A DNA stretch of 64,000 nucleotides from an uncultured Pseudomonadota bacterium (GTDB lineage Bacteria; Babelota; Babeliae; Babelales; RVW-14), in the NCBI GenBank assembly GCA_964527595.1, contig CAZGPI010000002.1, positions 27,225 through 91,224 on the forward strand, given 5' to 3'. Of this stretch, positions 35,123 to 44,416 are shown in pieces. How positions within the stretch are numbered: position 1 is the first letter of the stretch; every line of letters starts with the position of its first letter. The notes below the pieces were generated by a model, which ran no database searches, was not told where the DNA came from, and saw only the letters and a program-made list of their open reading frames with translations. A program made the translations under genes and the position numbers.

Positions 35123-36157
35123 ATGAAGAACATCTATTTTGTTGTTTTGGCTGGTGGGAGCGGGGAACGGTTGTGGCCGTTAAGTCGGCATCGTCAGCCA
35201 AAGCAGTTAATTCCTTTTCTTAACAATAAGTCATTATTGGAGCAGGCGATTGAGCGTATTTTGCCGCTTACTCCAGATAAAGAGCGTATTGTTGTGGTGA
35301 CCAATAAAGATCATTGCCAAGCGGTTGAGCAATTAGTTGGAACTCGCGTTGGGCATATTATAGCCGAGCAGGCTGGACGTAATACGGGTCCGGCGATTTT
35401 ACTTGCTTGTCACCATATTATGCAAAAAGATTCGCAGGCGATAATCGTAGTATTGCCTTCCGATGCTTATGTGCCAGACTGTGACGCTTTTTGTGCTACT
35501 ATTGCACGGGGTGTGGAATATCTGAAAATTGCTGAAGATGTAGTTATGTTTGGCCTTAAGCCAACCTATCCGGCAACAGGATATGGATACCTACAGGCCG
35601 ATCTTTTGCAGCCAATCTCAGATGGGAATGGTTATCGCATTGTTCAATTCCACGAAAAGCCAGATGTTGTCCATGCGCAAGAGTATGTTGAGCGTGGTGA
35701 TATGTTGTGGAATATTGGTATTTTTGCCGCGTCGGTGGCAACCTTTATACAGGAATTTACCGAGCACGCGCCAAATTTATCAGAAGATATTGCTCAGTAC
35801 TTGTCTGGTGAGCGTGCATATCAAGATGTTCAAAGCATTTCTATCGATTATGCGGTTATTGAAAAGTGCTCAAAGGTTGTTGTGTTTCCAGCATCATTCG
35901 AATGGTACGATGTGGGCAATTTGAACGTTTTTTTAACCCTCCAGGCAAAATATTCGCCCGATGCATTGCCCGTCATTAATTTTGATGGGACCGGCAATTT
36001 GGCCAGTACCAAACAGAAGCTCGTCGTCTGCGTTGGAGTAAGCGACTTGTGCATTGTTGAAACCGATGACGTTATTTTGGTTGCACAAAAACATACAGCT
36101 GAAAATGTTAAGAAAGTCTTGCCACAGGTTAGATCCGTTAACGAAGCTAGTTTATAA
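35123..36157 (+). CDS. manC: Mannose-1-phosphate guanylyltransferase (nucleotidyltransferase domain only)
   Basis: VVLAGGSGERLWPLSRHRQPKQL, PSDAYV and the GYGYL motif. At 344 aa, it has no C-terminal cupin/PMI domain. Confidence 0.85.
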   Translation: MKNIYFVVLAGGSGERLWPLSRHRQPKQLIPFLNNKSLLEQAIERILPLTPDKERIVVVTNKDHCQAVEQLVGTRVGHIIAEQAGRNTGPAILLACHHIMQKDSQAIIVVLPSDAYVPDCDAFCATIARGVEYLKIAEDVVMFGLKPTYPATGYGYLQADLLQPISDGNGYRIVQFHEKPDVVHAQEYVERGDMLWNIGIFAASVATFIQEFTEHAPNLSEDIAQYLSGERAYQDVQSISIDYAVIEKCSKVVVFPASFEWYDVGNLNVFLTLQAKYSPDALPVINFDGTGNLASTKQKLVVCVGVSDLCIVETDDVILVAQKHTAENVKKVLPQVRSVNEASL

Positions 36158-36168
36158 AGGGGTTTTAA

Positions 36169-37824
36169 ATGTTGTTTAGTTTCGATAGGAAAAAGAGTTT
36201 ATTTTGGGGTTCAATTTTTATTGGGGTTACTATTTTTTGTGTTTTAGGGCTTCCTTTTACGAAATGGGGTTTTCTTCACGATGACTTTGGCGTGATTTGG
36301 CATGTTCTTAATACTAAGTTGCATGGTGTTTGGAGTTTTTTTTCAGAAAAGGGTGCTACTTGTTTTTATCAACCATCAAATTTTACAGAATTTGAGCAAT
36401 CCTTTTTATCTGTTTTGTATCGTCCTTTATATAACGTTTTCTTCTTTGTTCAAAAACTTTTTTTTGCGACAGGCACGTATGGTTATTATTTGGTGATGAT
36501 TTTTTTTCATTCAATAAATGCCATGCTTTTGTTTCATGTATTTAATAAATTCTTTGAACTAAGATACGCTTTTTTTGGAGCTTTATATTTCGGCTTCCAT
36601 GTAAGTTTGTGTGATTGGATCGGGTGGATTGCCGCGCAACAGCAAGTGATAAATCTAACATTCATATTGCTTGTTGTTTTGTTTTTAATTCAATTTTTTG
36701 CGTCTAAAAAGATTACTCCGTTGTTATTTGCTTGTTTCTTTTACATAGCTTCTCTTTTTTTACGAGAGACTATAATCGTAATGCCGGTTTGGTTGCTTTT
36801 TGTTTCTTGGTTTTATTTTAAATTAAGAGCAGTTCCTGTATTGTGGGCGCGTTTATTTGCAGCAATTTCTGTTTTTTCTGCATTAAATATTTCGTACATT
36901 GTTTTGCGTTTATGGTTGTATCCATTAAAAGTAATGGGTGATGGTATAAAAATTCCTCTTAGCCCATTCGAATTTATTAAAAATTTACAAAATAGATTTT
37001 TTGATTTAGTGACCATGGTTGTCGATGTATTTAATTTATCATGGCTTTCCGGTGGGCATATGCTTTTAAAGGCTTTTTTGATTGTATTAATTGGAATAGT
37101 TTTGTGTTGGCTTTTTTATAAAAATTCTCAAAAAAAAATAATAATCGTTCTCTTCTTGGGTATGATTCCTTTTTTATGGCCCGCGATACTGCGTTATTAT
37201 TCTTCTCGATATCTTTATAAAGGGCTTCCATTCATTGTTGCCATTGTGATACTTTTAATAAAATTTTATAAAACGAGAAATATTCAGCTGTTTCAAAAAA
37301 TTAGTCTTGGAATATTATGGGGAATTTTATGTATAAATGGTGCGCTTCTATTTAATCACCTTAAGGCAAGAGAGGTTCGTTTAAATAGTATTAAGCAAGC
37401 GTTTATTGAGCTTGCTGCGAATCCGTTAAGCCAAAAAAGGCCACTGTGTTTTGTGGGATTACCCTATGAATATTTTCCGTCTGGTGTTGCTCAAGCGATG
37501 TGGGTCTATGGTTTTGATTCATCAACTCCTATTTATTATGATACATCTAGCTTTTTATGGTCAAAGAAAGAGCCGGTTAGTGATCCGCTCAAGATAATAG
37601 TTAAGGATAATATCATAACGCTTGATGTGGTTGGTGAAGAAAATAGCTGGTTTAATCCATTTAACCAATTTTGCCGCATGGGGAAGATTATTAATCGTAA
37701 TGTTGATCGAGTCTCGGGTTCGCCTAGATCGCTTACCTATATTTTGGATGAAAAATATGCTGCGCAAAAACTTTTATTTGTTACGTGGGACTACAAAAAT
37801 TGGCGATTTAAGATATTGAGTTAA
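36169..37824 (+). CDS. GT-C-like polytopic membrane glycosyltransferase, family A paralog 3
   Basis: LGLPFTKWGFLHDDFGVIW first-loop motif and many TM segments. Clear paralog of 11698..13464 and 13467..14933. Confidence 0.6.
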   Translation: MLFSFDRKKSLFWGSIFIGVTIFCVLGLPFTKWGFLHDDFGVIWHVLNTKLHGVWSFFSEKGATCFYQPSNFTEFEQSFLSVLYRPLYNVFFFVQKLFFATGTYGYYLVMIFFHSINAMLLFHVFNKFFELRYAFFGALYFGFHVSLCDWIGWIAAQQQVINLTFILLVVLFLIQFFASKKITPLLFACFFYIASLFLRETIIVMPVWLLFVSWFYFKLRAVPVLWARLFAAISVFSALNISYIVLRLWLYPLKVMGDGIKIPLSPFEFIKNLQNRFFDLVTMVVDVFNLSWLSGGHMLLKAFLIVLIGIVLCWLFYKNSQKKIIIVLFLGMIPFLWPAILRYYSSRYLYKGLPFIVAIVILLIKFYKTRNIQLFQKISLGILWGILCINGALLFNHLKAREVRLNSIKQAFIELAANPLSQKRPLCFVGLPYEYFPSGVAQAMWVYGFDSSTPIYYDTSSFLWSKKEPVSDPLKIIVKDNIITLDVVGEENSWFNPFNQFCRMGKIINRNVDRVSGSPRSLTYILDEKYAAQKLLFVTWDYKNWRFKILS

Positions 37825-37922
37825 AGTACAATATATTCAAAGATCTTTATTTTAGGGCCCTGTTTTTTGTATATTAACTACATAAAGGGTGGTATTTTAC
37901 AGTTTTAGTGGGAGGGGTTGAT

Positions 37923-38630
37923 GTGAAAAAGGTTGATGATTTTATAAAAAATGTTGATTACCAGGTTGAACATCATTTGCCGACATCGTTTTTTTCTTTT
38001 TTCAAAAAGTATTTTGTTTATTTTAGTTCGTTTTTGTTACTTGGAACATTAGGGTTGTTTGTGTACCAAGTTCTTAAAGAACGGCCACTATACCTAGCAA
38101 CCGTTATTAAGAGTGATCTTGAGCAAATTGAGAAAAATTTGGCCGCGATTGATAAAACATGCAACATTTTGAGTATAACGCCTGAGCGAGCATATATTGA
38201 TTTTCTGAATATAGAGAAATTTTCTGGATCAATGGTTGGCTGCCTGAACCTTGCATACCCAGCAAAATGGGCGGGGCCTTATATGCGCCGAAATCCAACA
38301 TTGCGCGGGATATTTTATGAAATAGTCAAAACACGGGATGGTGTTTATATTGTTCCTGGGCATGGGGTTAAGCTTCCAAATAATATGATTGTGGGAAAGC
38401 ATTTTGAGTTAACGTATGCGACGCCAATTGCCCAGATGTTGCAACCAGGCAAACAATTAAATTACAAGGGTGAGCCATTGGCACGAAAACTTAAATTTGC
38501 CATTGGCGACTGGGACACTCCAACTATGACAAATTCAACGATTGAGAGCATTCATAAGGTACTCAAAGAATTTAGTGATGCGTTACCATTTGCCCAAAAT
38601 AAGGCGCCAAAAAACACAAAAACCTGTTGA
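37923..38630 (+). CDS. Hypothetical membrane-anchored protein
   Basis: One N-terminal hydrophobic helix (YFVYFSSFLLLGTLGLFVY) and no domain I recognise. GTG 37923 has GGGAGGGG 5 nt upstream; the ORF track begins at GTG 37908. Confidence 0.45.
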   Translation: MKKVDDFIKNVDYQVEHHLPTSFFSFFKKYFVYFSSFLLLGTLGLFVYQVLKERPLYLATVIKSDLEQIEKNLAAIDKTCNILSITPERAYIDFLNIEKFSGSMVGCLNLAYPAKWAGPYMRRNPTLRGIFYEIVKTRDGVYIVPGHGVKLPNNMIVGKHFELTYATPIAQMLQPGKQLNYKGEPLARKLKFAIGDWDTPTMTNSTIESIHKVLKEFSDALPFAQNKAPKNTKTC

Positions 38631-38641
38631 CGGTAGCTTGT

Positions 38642-40957
38642 TTACGATTGTATTTTTTGAAGGTAACTTGAAAGTAATGTTTTGTGCCCGTTTTTAAATA
38701 TGGCGGTGATATAATAGTCATCGCCATCAGCTTTTTCAACTTTTGTAACAATGCCAACACCAAACTTTGTATGATGAACTTGTTGGTTTTTCTGCCAGCC
38801 AATTGATGGTGTTTTCACGCTTGGTTGGTGCGGTTTGGTCATTTGTGTTGAAGTTGGTATATAGGAGTGTGATGTTTGGCGGGTTGAGCCAAAGGTGACG
38901 ATGCTTGGTGCTGTTATTTTATTTCCTAACCATTGATCAAAAAATAATTTGATTTGGCTATTCTGCAGATCTTCAAAATCTTTGATATTAAGTAAATCTT
39001 TGGGTATTTCCGATACAAATCGTGATTGAATTTGATCGACGATTTGGCCAAAAGTATTGCGATAACTGGCGCTTAAAAAAAGCAGATAGTCTTTGGCGCG
39101 AGTGATACCGACATAAAAAAGGCGGCGCTCTTCTTCAAGTTCCTCGTTGCCCGCAAGGGATTTTGAACTTGGGAGTAGGTTTTCTTCAAGGCCGACAAGA
39201 ATGACGGCGTCAAATTCTAGGCCCTTAGCAGCATGGAATGTCATGAGAGGGATTTGGTCTTCGCCATCATTTTTTTCAAGTTTTTCCTGCATAAGAGCGA
39301 TATCAAATAAAAAGTTTTCGAGTGTTCCTGGTCGGCTGGTTGCATCTTGAGCTTGTTTGATAAATGCATCATGCTCAAAGAGTGTTGCCGATTCGCGCAG
39401 TTCACGGATATTTTCAATTTTTTCTTCGGCCTCTTTTGCTTCGTATTCGCCGCGCAAGTAGTTGAGGTACTCTGTGTTTTCAAGGACGGTGCCGATTGCT
39501 TCGAGTGGTTTGGTTGTAGCATCAATGCCATCAAAAATAGCTAAAAAATCGAGAACAGCTTTGTGTTTTGTCGCAGTTAATCCGCCATGCTGAGTATCGA
39601 TCATTGTTTGAAGGATTTGCTTAAAATCGGAGAATGGTTGATATGCCCAAAGGCTCATAAGATCGTCTTCAAATTTTTGTCCGAGTCCGCGAGTAGGACA
39701 GTTAATGACGCGCATAAGGCTTAGTTTGTCATAAGGATTAATGACTAAGCGGAGGTAGGCCAAGACGTCTTTTATTTCTTTGCGTTCATAAAAACGGATG
39801 CCGCCGACAATTTTATAGGGGATGCTATGGTAAATAAGAGCTTCTTCAATCACGCGTGATTGATAGTGTGTTCGGTACAGGATGGCGAGCGAAGGATTTG
39901 TTTTTTCAGCGCTAAAAGCTTTGATAAAGAGAGCGGCCGTTTCTGCTTCTTGTTCTCCAGAACGGCAAAGGCCATGAACAACACGATTGGTTGCTTGGCG
40001 TTCGGACCATAAGTTTTTGGGATTACGGAGCATATTGTTGACGATAACGCTGTTGGCGATTTCAAGAATTGGTTGCACCGAACGATAATTCTGCTCAATT
40101 TTGATGTGGGTTACTGGAGCAAAATCGCTTGAAAATTTGAGCATATTGGTGACCGTTGCGCCGCGCCATGAATAAATTGATTGGTCTTCGTCGCCAACGG
40201 CGCATAATGAATCGAGTACAAATTTTTCTTGGGTATCAAGAGCCATACATCGTAAGAGTAAGTGTTGCACATGGTTGGTGTCTTGATATTCATCGACCAA
40301 GACATGGCGGATATTTTGCTGAAAATTAGCCCTAAAAGTTTCATTGCTCTGAAATAGTTTAACCACGTTTATTATTAGATCGTCAAAATCTAGGCAGTGG
40401 GCGTTATTTTTTTCGTTTTCGTATTCAAAATAAATTTCGCGCAAATATGGATAGGTAAAAACGTCATCCTCGAGCGACAAAATCTTTTTGTTTTTGTGCT
40501 GCGAAAGCTGATAACCAACTTGCGAGGCGGAGACATGTTTATTGAGTGAATTTTTCTTAATGATCTTTTTTATGAGGTCTTGCTGATCATTCGAATCCAT
40601 AATCGAAAAATTGGCGAATGGAAGGAGGTGAGGATTGGCACGAAGTTGTAATAAACAATAGGCATGAAAGGTACCAATAAATGGTAGGCGATGACTAGCC
40701 CCAATGAAGCCAACAAGCCGCTCTTTCATTTCACCGGCCGCTTTGTTGGTGAAGGTCATGGCAACAATGGTTGAGGGCATAACATTTTCATTGATAATCA
40801 GGTTGGCGATGCGTGCCGTGATGACCCGTGTTTTACCAGACCCGGCACCTGCCGTAATAAGCAAAGCATCATTTTTTTGCAAAACGGCTTGGCGTTGTGG
40901 TCCATTGAGTGCGGATTGGAGAAAATGCTGAAAGATTGTTGCGTTGGTTTGGTTCAT
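38642..40957 (-). CDS. pcrA: ATP-dependent DNA helicase PcrA/UvrD (SF1)
   Basis: AGAGSGKTRVIT Walker A, TFTNKAAGEM, VDEYQDTN, the QNYRS motif and VGITRAK. The C-terminal small beta domain (FGVGIVTKVE) resembles the UvrD Tudor-like tail. Confidence 0.9.
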   Translation of the reverse strand: MNQTNATIFQHFLQSALNGPQRQAVLQKNDALLITAGAGSGKTRVITARIANLIINENVMPSTIVAMTFTNKAAGEMKERLVGFIGASHRLPFIGTFHAYCLLQLRANPHLLPFANFSIMDSNDQQDLIKKIIKKNSLNKHVSASQVGYQLSQHKNKKILSLEDDVFTYPYLREIYFEYENEKNNAHCLDFDDLIINVVKLFQSNETFRANFQQNIRHVLVDEYQDTNHVQHLLLRCMALDTQEKFVLDSLCAVGDEDQSIYSWRGATVTNMLKFSSDFAPVTHIKIEQNYRSVQPILEIANSVIVNNMLRNPKNLWSERQATNRVVHGLCRSGEQEAETAALFIKAFSAEKTNPSLAILYRTHYQSRVIEEALIYHSIPYKIVGGIRFYERKEIKDVLAYLRLVINPYDKLSLMRVINCPTRGLGQKFEDDLMSLWAYQPFSDFKQILQTMIDTQHGGLTATKHKAVLDFLAIFDGIDATTKPLEAIGTVLENTEYLNYLRGEYEAKEAEEKIENIRELRESATLFEHDAFIKQAQDATSRPGTLENFLFDIALMQEKLEKNDGEDQIPLMTFHAAKGLEFDAVILVGLEENLLPSSKSLAGNEELEEERRLFYVGITRAKDYLLFLSASYRNTFGQIVDQIQSRFVSEIPKDLLNIKDFEDLQNSQIKLFFDQWLGNKITAPSIVTFGSTRQTSHSYIPTSTQMTKPHQPSVKTPSIGWQKNQQVHHTKFGVGIVTKVEKADGDDYYITAIFKNGHKTLLSSYLQKIQS

Positions 40958-41194
40958 GTTTGATGCCCACAAATGATCGGAGACGGTTTAGATGCCTAAC
41001 TGAAACCATAATAGCAGATTTTTTCGGTAAAAATAAGCGAAACCCAATAAAGGCAATTCCTGAGTAATTAAATTTAACTAATATGAAATTTTGTTTATAA
41101 TTGTCGGTGATGCTCGTTGTTTGTCGATATGATGATTATCGGAGCAATGGAAAATGTTGGTTGTGCGGATTCGTAATTTTCAGGAATAAATTAT

Positions 41195-42022
41195 ATGAAT
41201 AAATTTTTCAAAAAGGTGCTTTTTTTGTATTTTCCGTTCTCAATGGCTTTGGGTGTTGGGGCGATGGCGATTAATCCAGCTTGGTATGAGGAGAGTTTAT
41301 GTTCGGCTTTTTCTCAAATATCCTTGCAAAATGAAGGAGCTTCAGATCAAGGTGAAGGACCTTCTGACGGGCCAGATTTAAGGACAAAAAAACTTGATCA
41401 AATAATGCATATGTGTTCGGCAGTTGATGGAGCCTTGGTTTCGGTGACCGATGGTGAGTTTTCAGCTAAAGTGGTTAATTTTTTGGCCGGCCTTATGGTT
41501 GAACCTCTTCAACATCAAGCGGTTGCGTTAGCAGACGATGAGTACGCTGATTTTTGCTGTGATGAGCGGAAAATTTCGCTGTCCGAACTTATCTGGCGCA
41601 TTGAAAAAATGACAGTATCAGGGGGGCGTAATGTTGTATTGGTTACACTTATGAATTTGGAAAAAATTTCAAAACAACATTTGAAAAAACATCAGGATGT
41701 ACGATTAACGACATGCAATATTAGAATGTTTTTTCTGATTTCTTACTGGCTTGCACATGGTACAATGGATGACGTTGGCTTTACACATAAAAATTGGATA
41801 AAGATTTTTAGTCGTAGTATTTTACCGAGAGAATTACATGGACGCGACTTTTTTGAATCAGAAAAAATACTTCGCATGCAAAGAAAGGTGCTTGAGCTTC
41901 ATGATTATCAACCACTTCCATTGCATTCCCACGAAGCGTTTGTTTCATTTATTATGAATTTTATGGAAACCATTCCTTCCAAGATAGACGAGCAGGCCCT
42001 TAAAGGTGTGGGTGAGCAATAA
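41195..42022 (+). CDS. Hypothetical secreted protein
   Basis: Signal-peptide-like start MNKFFKKVLFLYFPFSMALGVGAMA. No recognisable domain. Followed by a strong hairpin terminator. Confidence 0.5.
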   Translation: MNKFFKKVLFLYFPFSMALGVGAMAINPAWYEESLCSAFSQISLQNEGASDQGEGPSDGPDLRTKKLDQIMHMCSAVDGALVSVTDGEFSAKVVNFLAGLMVEPLQHQAVALADDEYADFCCDERKISLSELIWRIEKMTVSGGRNVVLVTLMNLEKISKQHLKKHQDVRLTTCNIRMFFLISYWLAHGTMDDVGFTHKNWIKIFSRSILPRELHGRDFFESEKILRMQRKVLELHDYQPLPLHSHEAFVSFIMNFMETIPSKIDEQALKGVGEQ

Positions 42023-42048
42023 TAGCGAATAATTAGTAAAAACAAAAA

Positions 42049-42085
42049 GCCCCTGCATTTAAATGCAGGGGCTTTTTGTTTTTTG
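42049..42085. terminator. Bidirectional rho-independent terminator between convergent genes
   Basis: GCCCCTGCAT-TTAA-ATGCAGGGGC, with an A-run upstream (AAAAACAAAAA) and a T-run downstream (TTTTTGTTTTTTG). Confidence 0.85.
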
Positions 42086-42086
42086 T

Positions 42087-42845
42087 TTACGATTTTTTGT
42101 TTTCAGGATTGGTCGTAAATATTATTTCTTTGACCATTTCTTTTTCTTCATCCGTCACAGGTTCTACTTGAGGTGCTTTAAGGGCTTGCGTTATAAGGCT
42201 ATTGACAAGCACTTTACGCGTCCAATGCCCGATGATATATTCTATGACCTGCGCCTTTTCTTCATTCAAAAATTGGCTTGCAATCCATTCAAGTTGGATG
42301 CGTGAGGTAAACTTTGATTTGTCAGGATTCATGAGAAGATAGGTTGCGGTAAAGAAAAGATCTTGTGCAAATTTATCTTGCGTGCTTTGCAGCAATTTTT
42401 TTAACTGTTCATTGTTTGATTCAAGCTCGAGTGTGTGCTCTAAGTAAAAAAGGACCTTCTTAAAGTTAAGGAGGCTGTCTTTTTCGATGTTAAATTCAAA
42501 TGATTGGAGCGATTCAAGGTGTTGAATGATTAAGTGCTCGAATGCTTCACGAAGTATTTTGTGATGTGTTGTGATGACCGATGGGATACCTGGGGAAAGA
42601 TCAAGTGCTTGGAGTGATGCCATATCGGTGTTTTTTGGCTTGAGTTCTTTTTCAACAAAGATCTTGAATAGCTCAACCAATTCAGGGTTGTGTGGTAGGT
42701 TTTTGACAACCCATTGACGATCGGTAGAGGCCTTCTTGAGAAGACTGAAAAGATTTACCGATACATTAAAGCGTTCGGTATCTGAAAGGTTATTGTTGTT
42801 GATCTCGTCGATTACTAAACGAAAAAAATTCGGCGTTGTTGTCAT
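42087..42845 (-). CDS. Hypothetical protein
   Basis: Open frame flanked by two hairpin terminators. ATG 42845 has AGAGGA upstream. The ORF-track start at 42947 abuts the neighbouring terminator and is unlikely. Confidence 0.45.
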   Translation of the reverse strand: MTTTPNFFRLVIDEINNNNLSDTERFNVSVNLFSLLKKASTDRQWVVKNLPHNPELVELFKIFVEKELKPKNTDMASLQALDLSPGIPSVITTHHKILREAFEHLIIQHLESLQSFEFNIEKDSLLNFKKVLFYLEHTLELESNNEQLKKLLQSTQDKFAQDLFFTATYLLMNPDKSKFTSRIQLEWIASQFLNEEKAQVIEYIIGHWTRKVLVNSLITQALKAPQVEPVTDEEKEMVKEIIFTTNPENKKS

Positions 42846-42939
42846 AAGACATCCTCTTCTTAAATAATAATATGCAGCATGGGGAAATTTTACATGAATT
42901 ATGCGCGTTCGGCTAGTTTTTGCTTTTGGTAAAAGGAAA

Positions 42940-42980
42940 AAACACAAAAAAGCCTACGCTATTAAACGTAGGCTTTTTTG
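42940..42980. terminator. Rho-independent terminator downstream of nucleotide transporter 1 (hairpin flanked by A-run and T-run)
   Basis: AAAAAACACAAAAAA-AGCCTACG-CTATTAAA-CGTAGGCT-TTTTT. Read on the minus strand, it follows the stop codon of 43008..44309. Confidence 0.8.
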
Positions 42981-43007
42981 TAAATCGAATGTAAATTTTC
43001 TAATTTT

Positions 43008-44309
43008 TTATTCGACTATTTGGCCAGTTTCAACCAATTGGCTGTTTTTAGTGGATACATACATAGCTACAAGTATCCAGACGCCGACAATACCAAGAGA
43101 GATTAATGATCCGTAGAACATTAGGCTCGCCATGTTGGTAAAGACTGCGTTTATACTAGAACCGGCAGCTTTTGAGGTGCGGCCACCAAATCCGTCAATC
43201 CAGCTTTTGGCTTTAAATTTAACGTCTTTGCTGGTTGGGATGTACATGATTTCTTTGCAAGGGTTATTTAATGCATAGCTTAAACCCTTAATGGCAACCA
43301 TTGCGCCAAAAAGAACCCAGAGGGTAGGATTAAACCATACATAACAAATAACGGCACCAACGGCTATTGGGAATGCAATTAAAGAAAAACGTAGGCCGAA
43401 GTTACGGATGATATAACTGGTTCCAACCAACGCGAAAACAAACGCAAGTAAGTTAGCGCACTGACCATACAAACCAAGAAATTCGGTAACTTTTTCGGTT
43501 GAATGATACACTTCGTCTGCAATGAACTTCATTTGGTAATCGATAATTGTTCCGATAACCTCGTAAAGTGTTGCGATACCAAGAATACCAAGAAGGTATG
43601 GTTGCGAAAAGAGCAAACGCAAACCTTCAGTGAAGCCGGTTGATTTCTTTTTCTCGGCGAGAGGTACGGCGGCGACTTGTGGTTGTGAGCGGATAAACCA
43701 GTACACCATCATAGGAACCATTGATACACCAATAGCAATAATAACCGAAAGCATAGGCATACCAATTGCGGTTGCATGTTTTGCAAATTCTGGGCCGGCA
43801 ATAGAACCGATTTGTGCTCCAGAAATAACCAATCCGTAACCTCTTTTTGCCGAAGCTGAATCGGTTGTGCTGTTCAAGAACGACCAGAAAAGTGCTGGTA
43901 ATAGGGAACCAAAACTTTCAATGGTCAAATAAATTACCCAACCAAAAATACGGTATTTGTTTGGTGTTGTGTTAGCAACGCCAATGGTAGGATGTGCTAA
44001 GAAATATGCTGCAACGGCAAAAAACACAACATAAAAAGCTGGCAAGATGTAAAGAAGCTTATGTTTTTCAACCATGTCGACGAGTTTTGAATAAAGCAAA
44101 ATGAGTGGAACTAAGAAAAGAACCGAAGCCATCTTGGCGTATGGAATATAAGTTTTGCCAACGATGTTCATAAAAAGTGCGTCTTTAAGTGGACGCATAA
44201 GCCAGTAAGTACCAATAAGAAATAAGAATGTTCCGGCTAATAGCCCAAATTTCTTATATTCTTCTGTTGATAAATCACCCCATAACCAACGGACAACCTT
44301 GCAGGCCAT
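43008..44309 (-). CDS. TLC/Npt-family nucleotide (ATP/ADP-type) transporter 1
   Basis: LMRPLKDALF, IESFGSLLPALFWSFLNS...SAKRGYGL and YALNNPCKEIMYIPTSKDVKFKAKSWIDGFGGRTSKAAG parallel the Rickettsia/Chlamydia Tlc motifs I recall ([48 protein letters not shown]...GGRLGKSGG). Confidence 0.85.
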   Translation of the reverse strand: MACKVVRWLWGDLSTEEYKKFGLLAGTFLFLIGTYWLMRPLKDALFMNIVGKTYIPYAKMASVLFLVPLILLYSKLVDMVEKHKLLYILPAFYVVFFAVAAYFLAHPTIGVANTTPNKYRIFGWVIYLTIESFGSLLPALFWSFLNSTTDSASAKRGYGLVISGAQIGSIAGPEFAKHATAIGMPMLSVIIAIGVSMVPMMVYWFIRSQPQVAAVPLAEKKKSTGFTEGLRLLFSQPYLLGILGIATLYEVIGTIIDYQMKFIADEVYHSTEKVTEFLGLYGQCANLLAFVFALVGTSYIIRNFGLRFSLIAFPIAVGAVICYVWFNPTLWVLFGAMVAIKGLSYALNNPCKEIMYIPTSKDVKFKAKSWIDGFGGRTSKAAGSSINAVFTNMASLMFYGSLISLGIVGVWILVAMYVSTKNSQLVETGQIVE

Positions 44310-44416
44310 AAAAAAACCCTTCTAAAAAAATATTAAAAAAGAAACTGTTCGCACACAACGAAAAATCTCCACAACTCCTTCAGTATAGCACAATCGGCTT
44401 ATACTCCCAATAAAAA

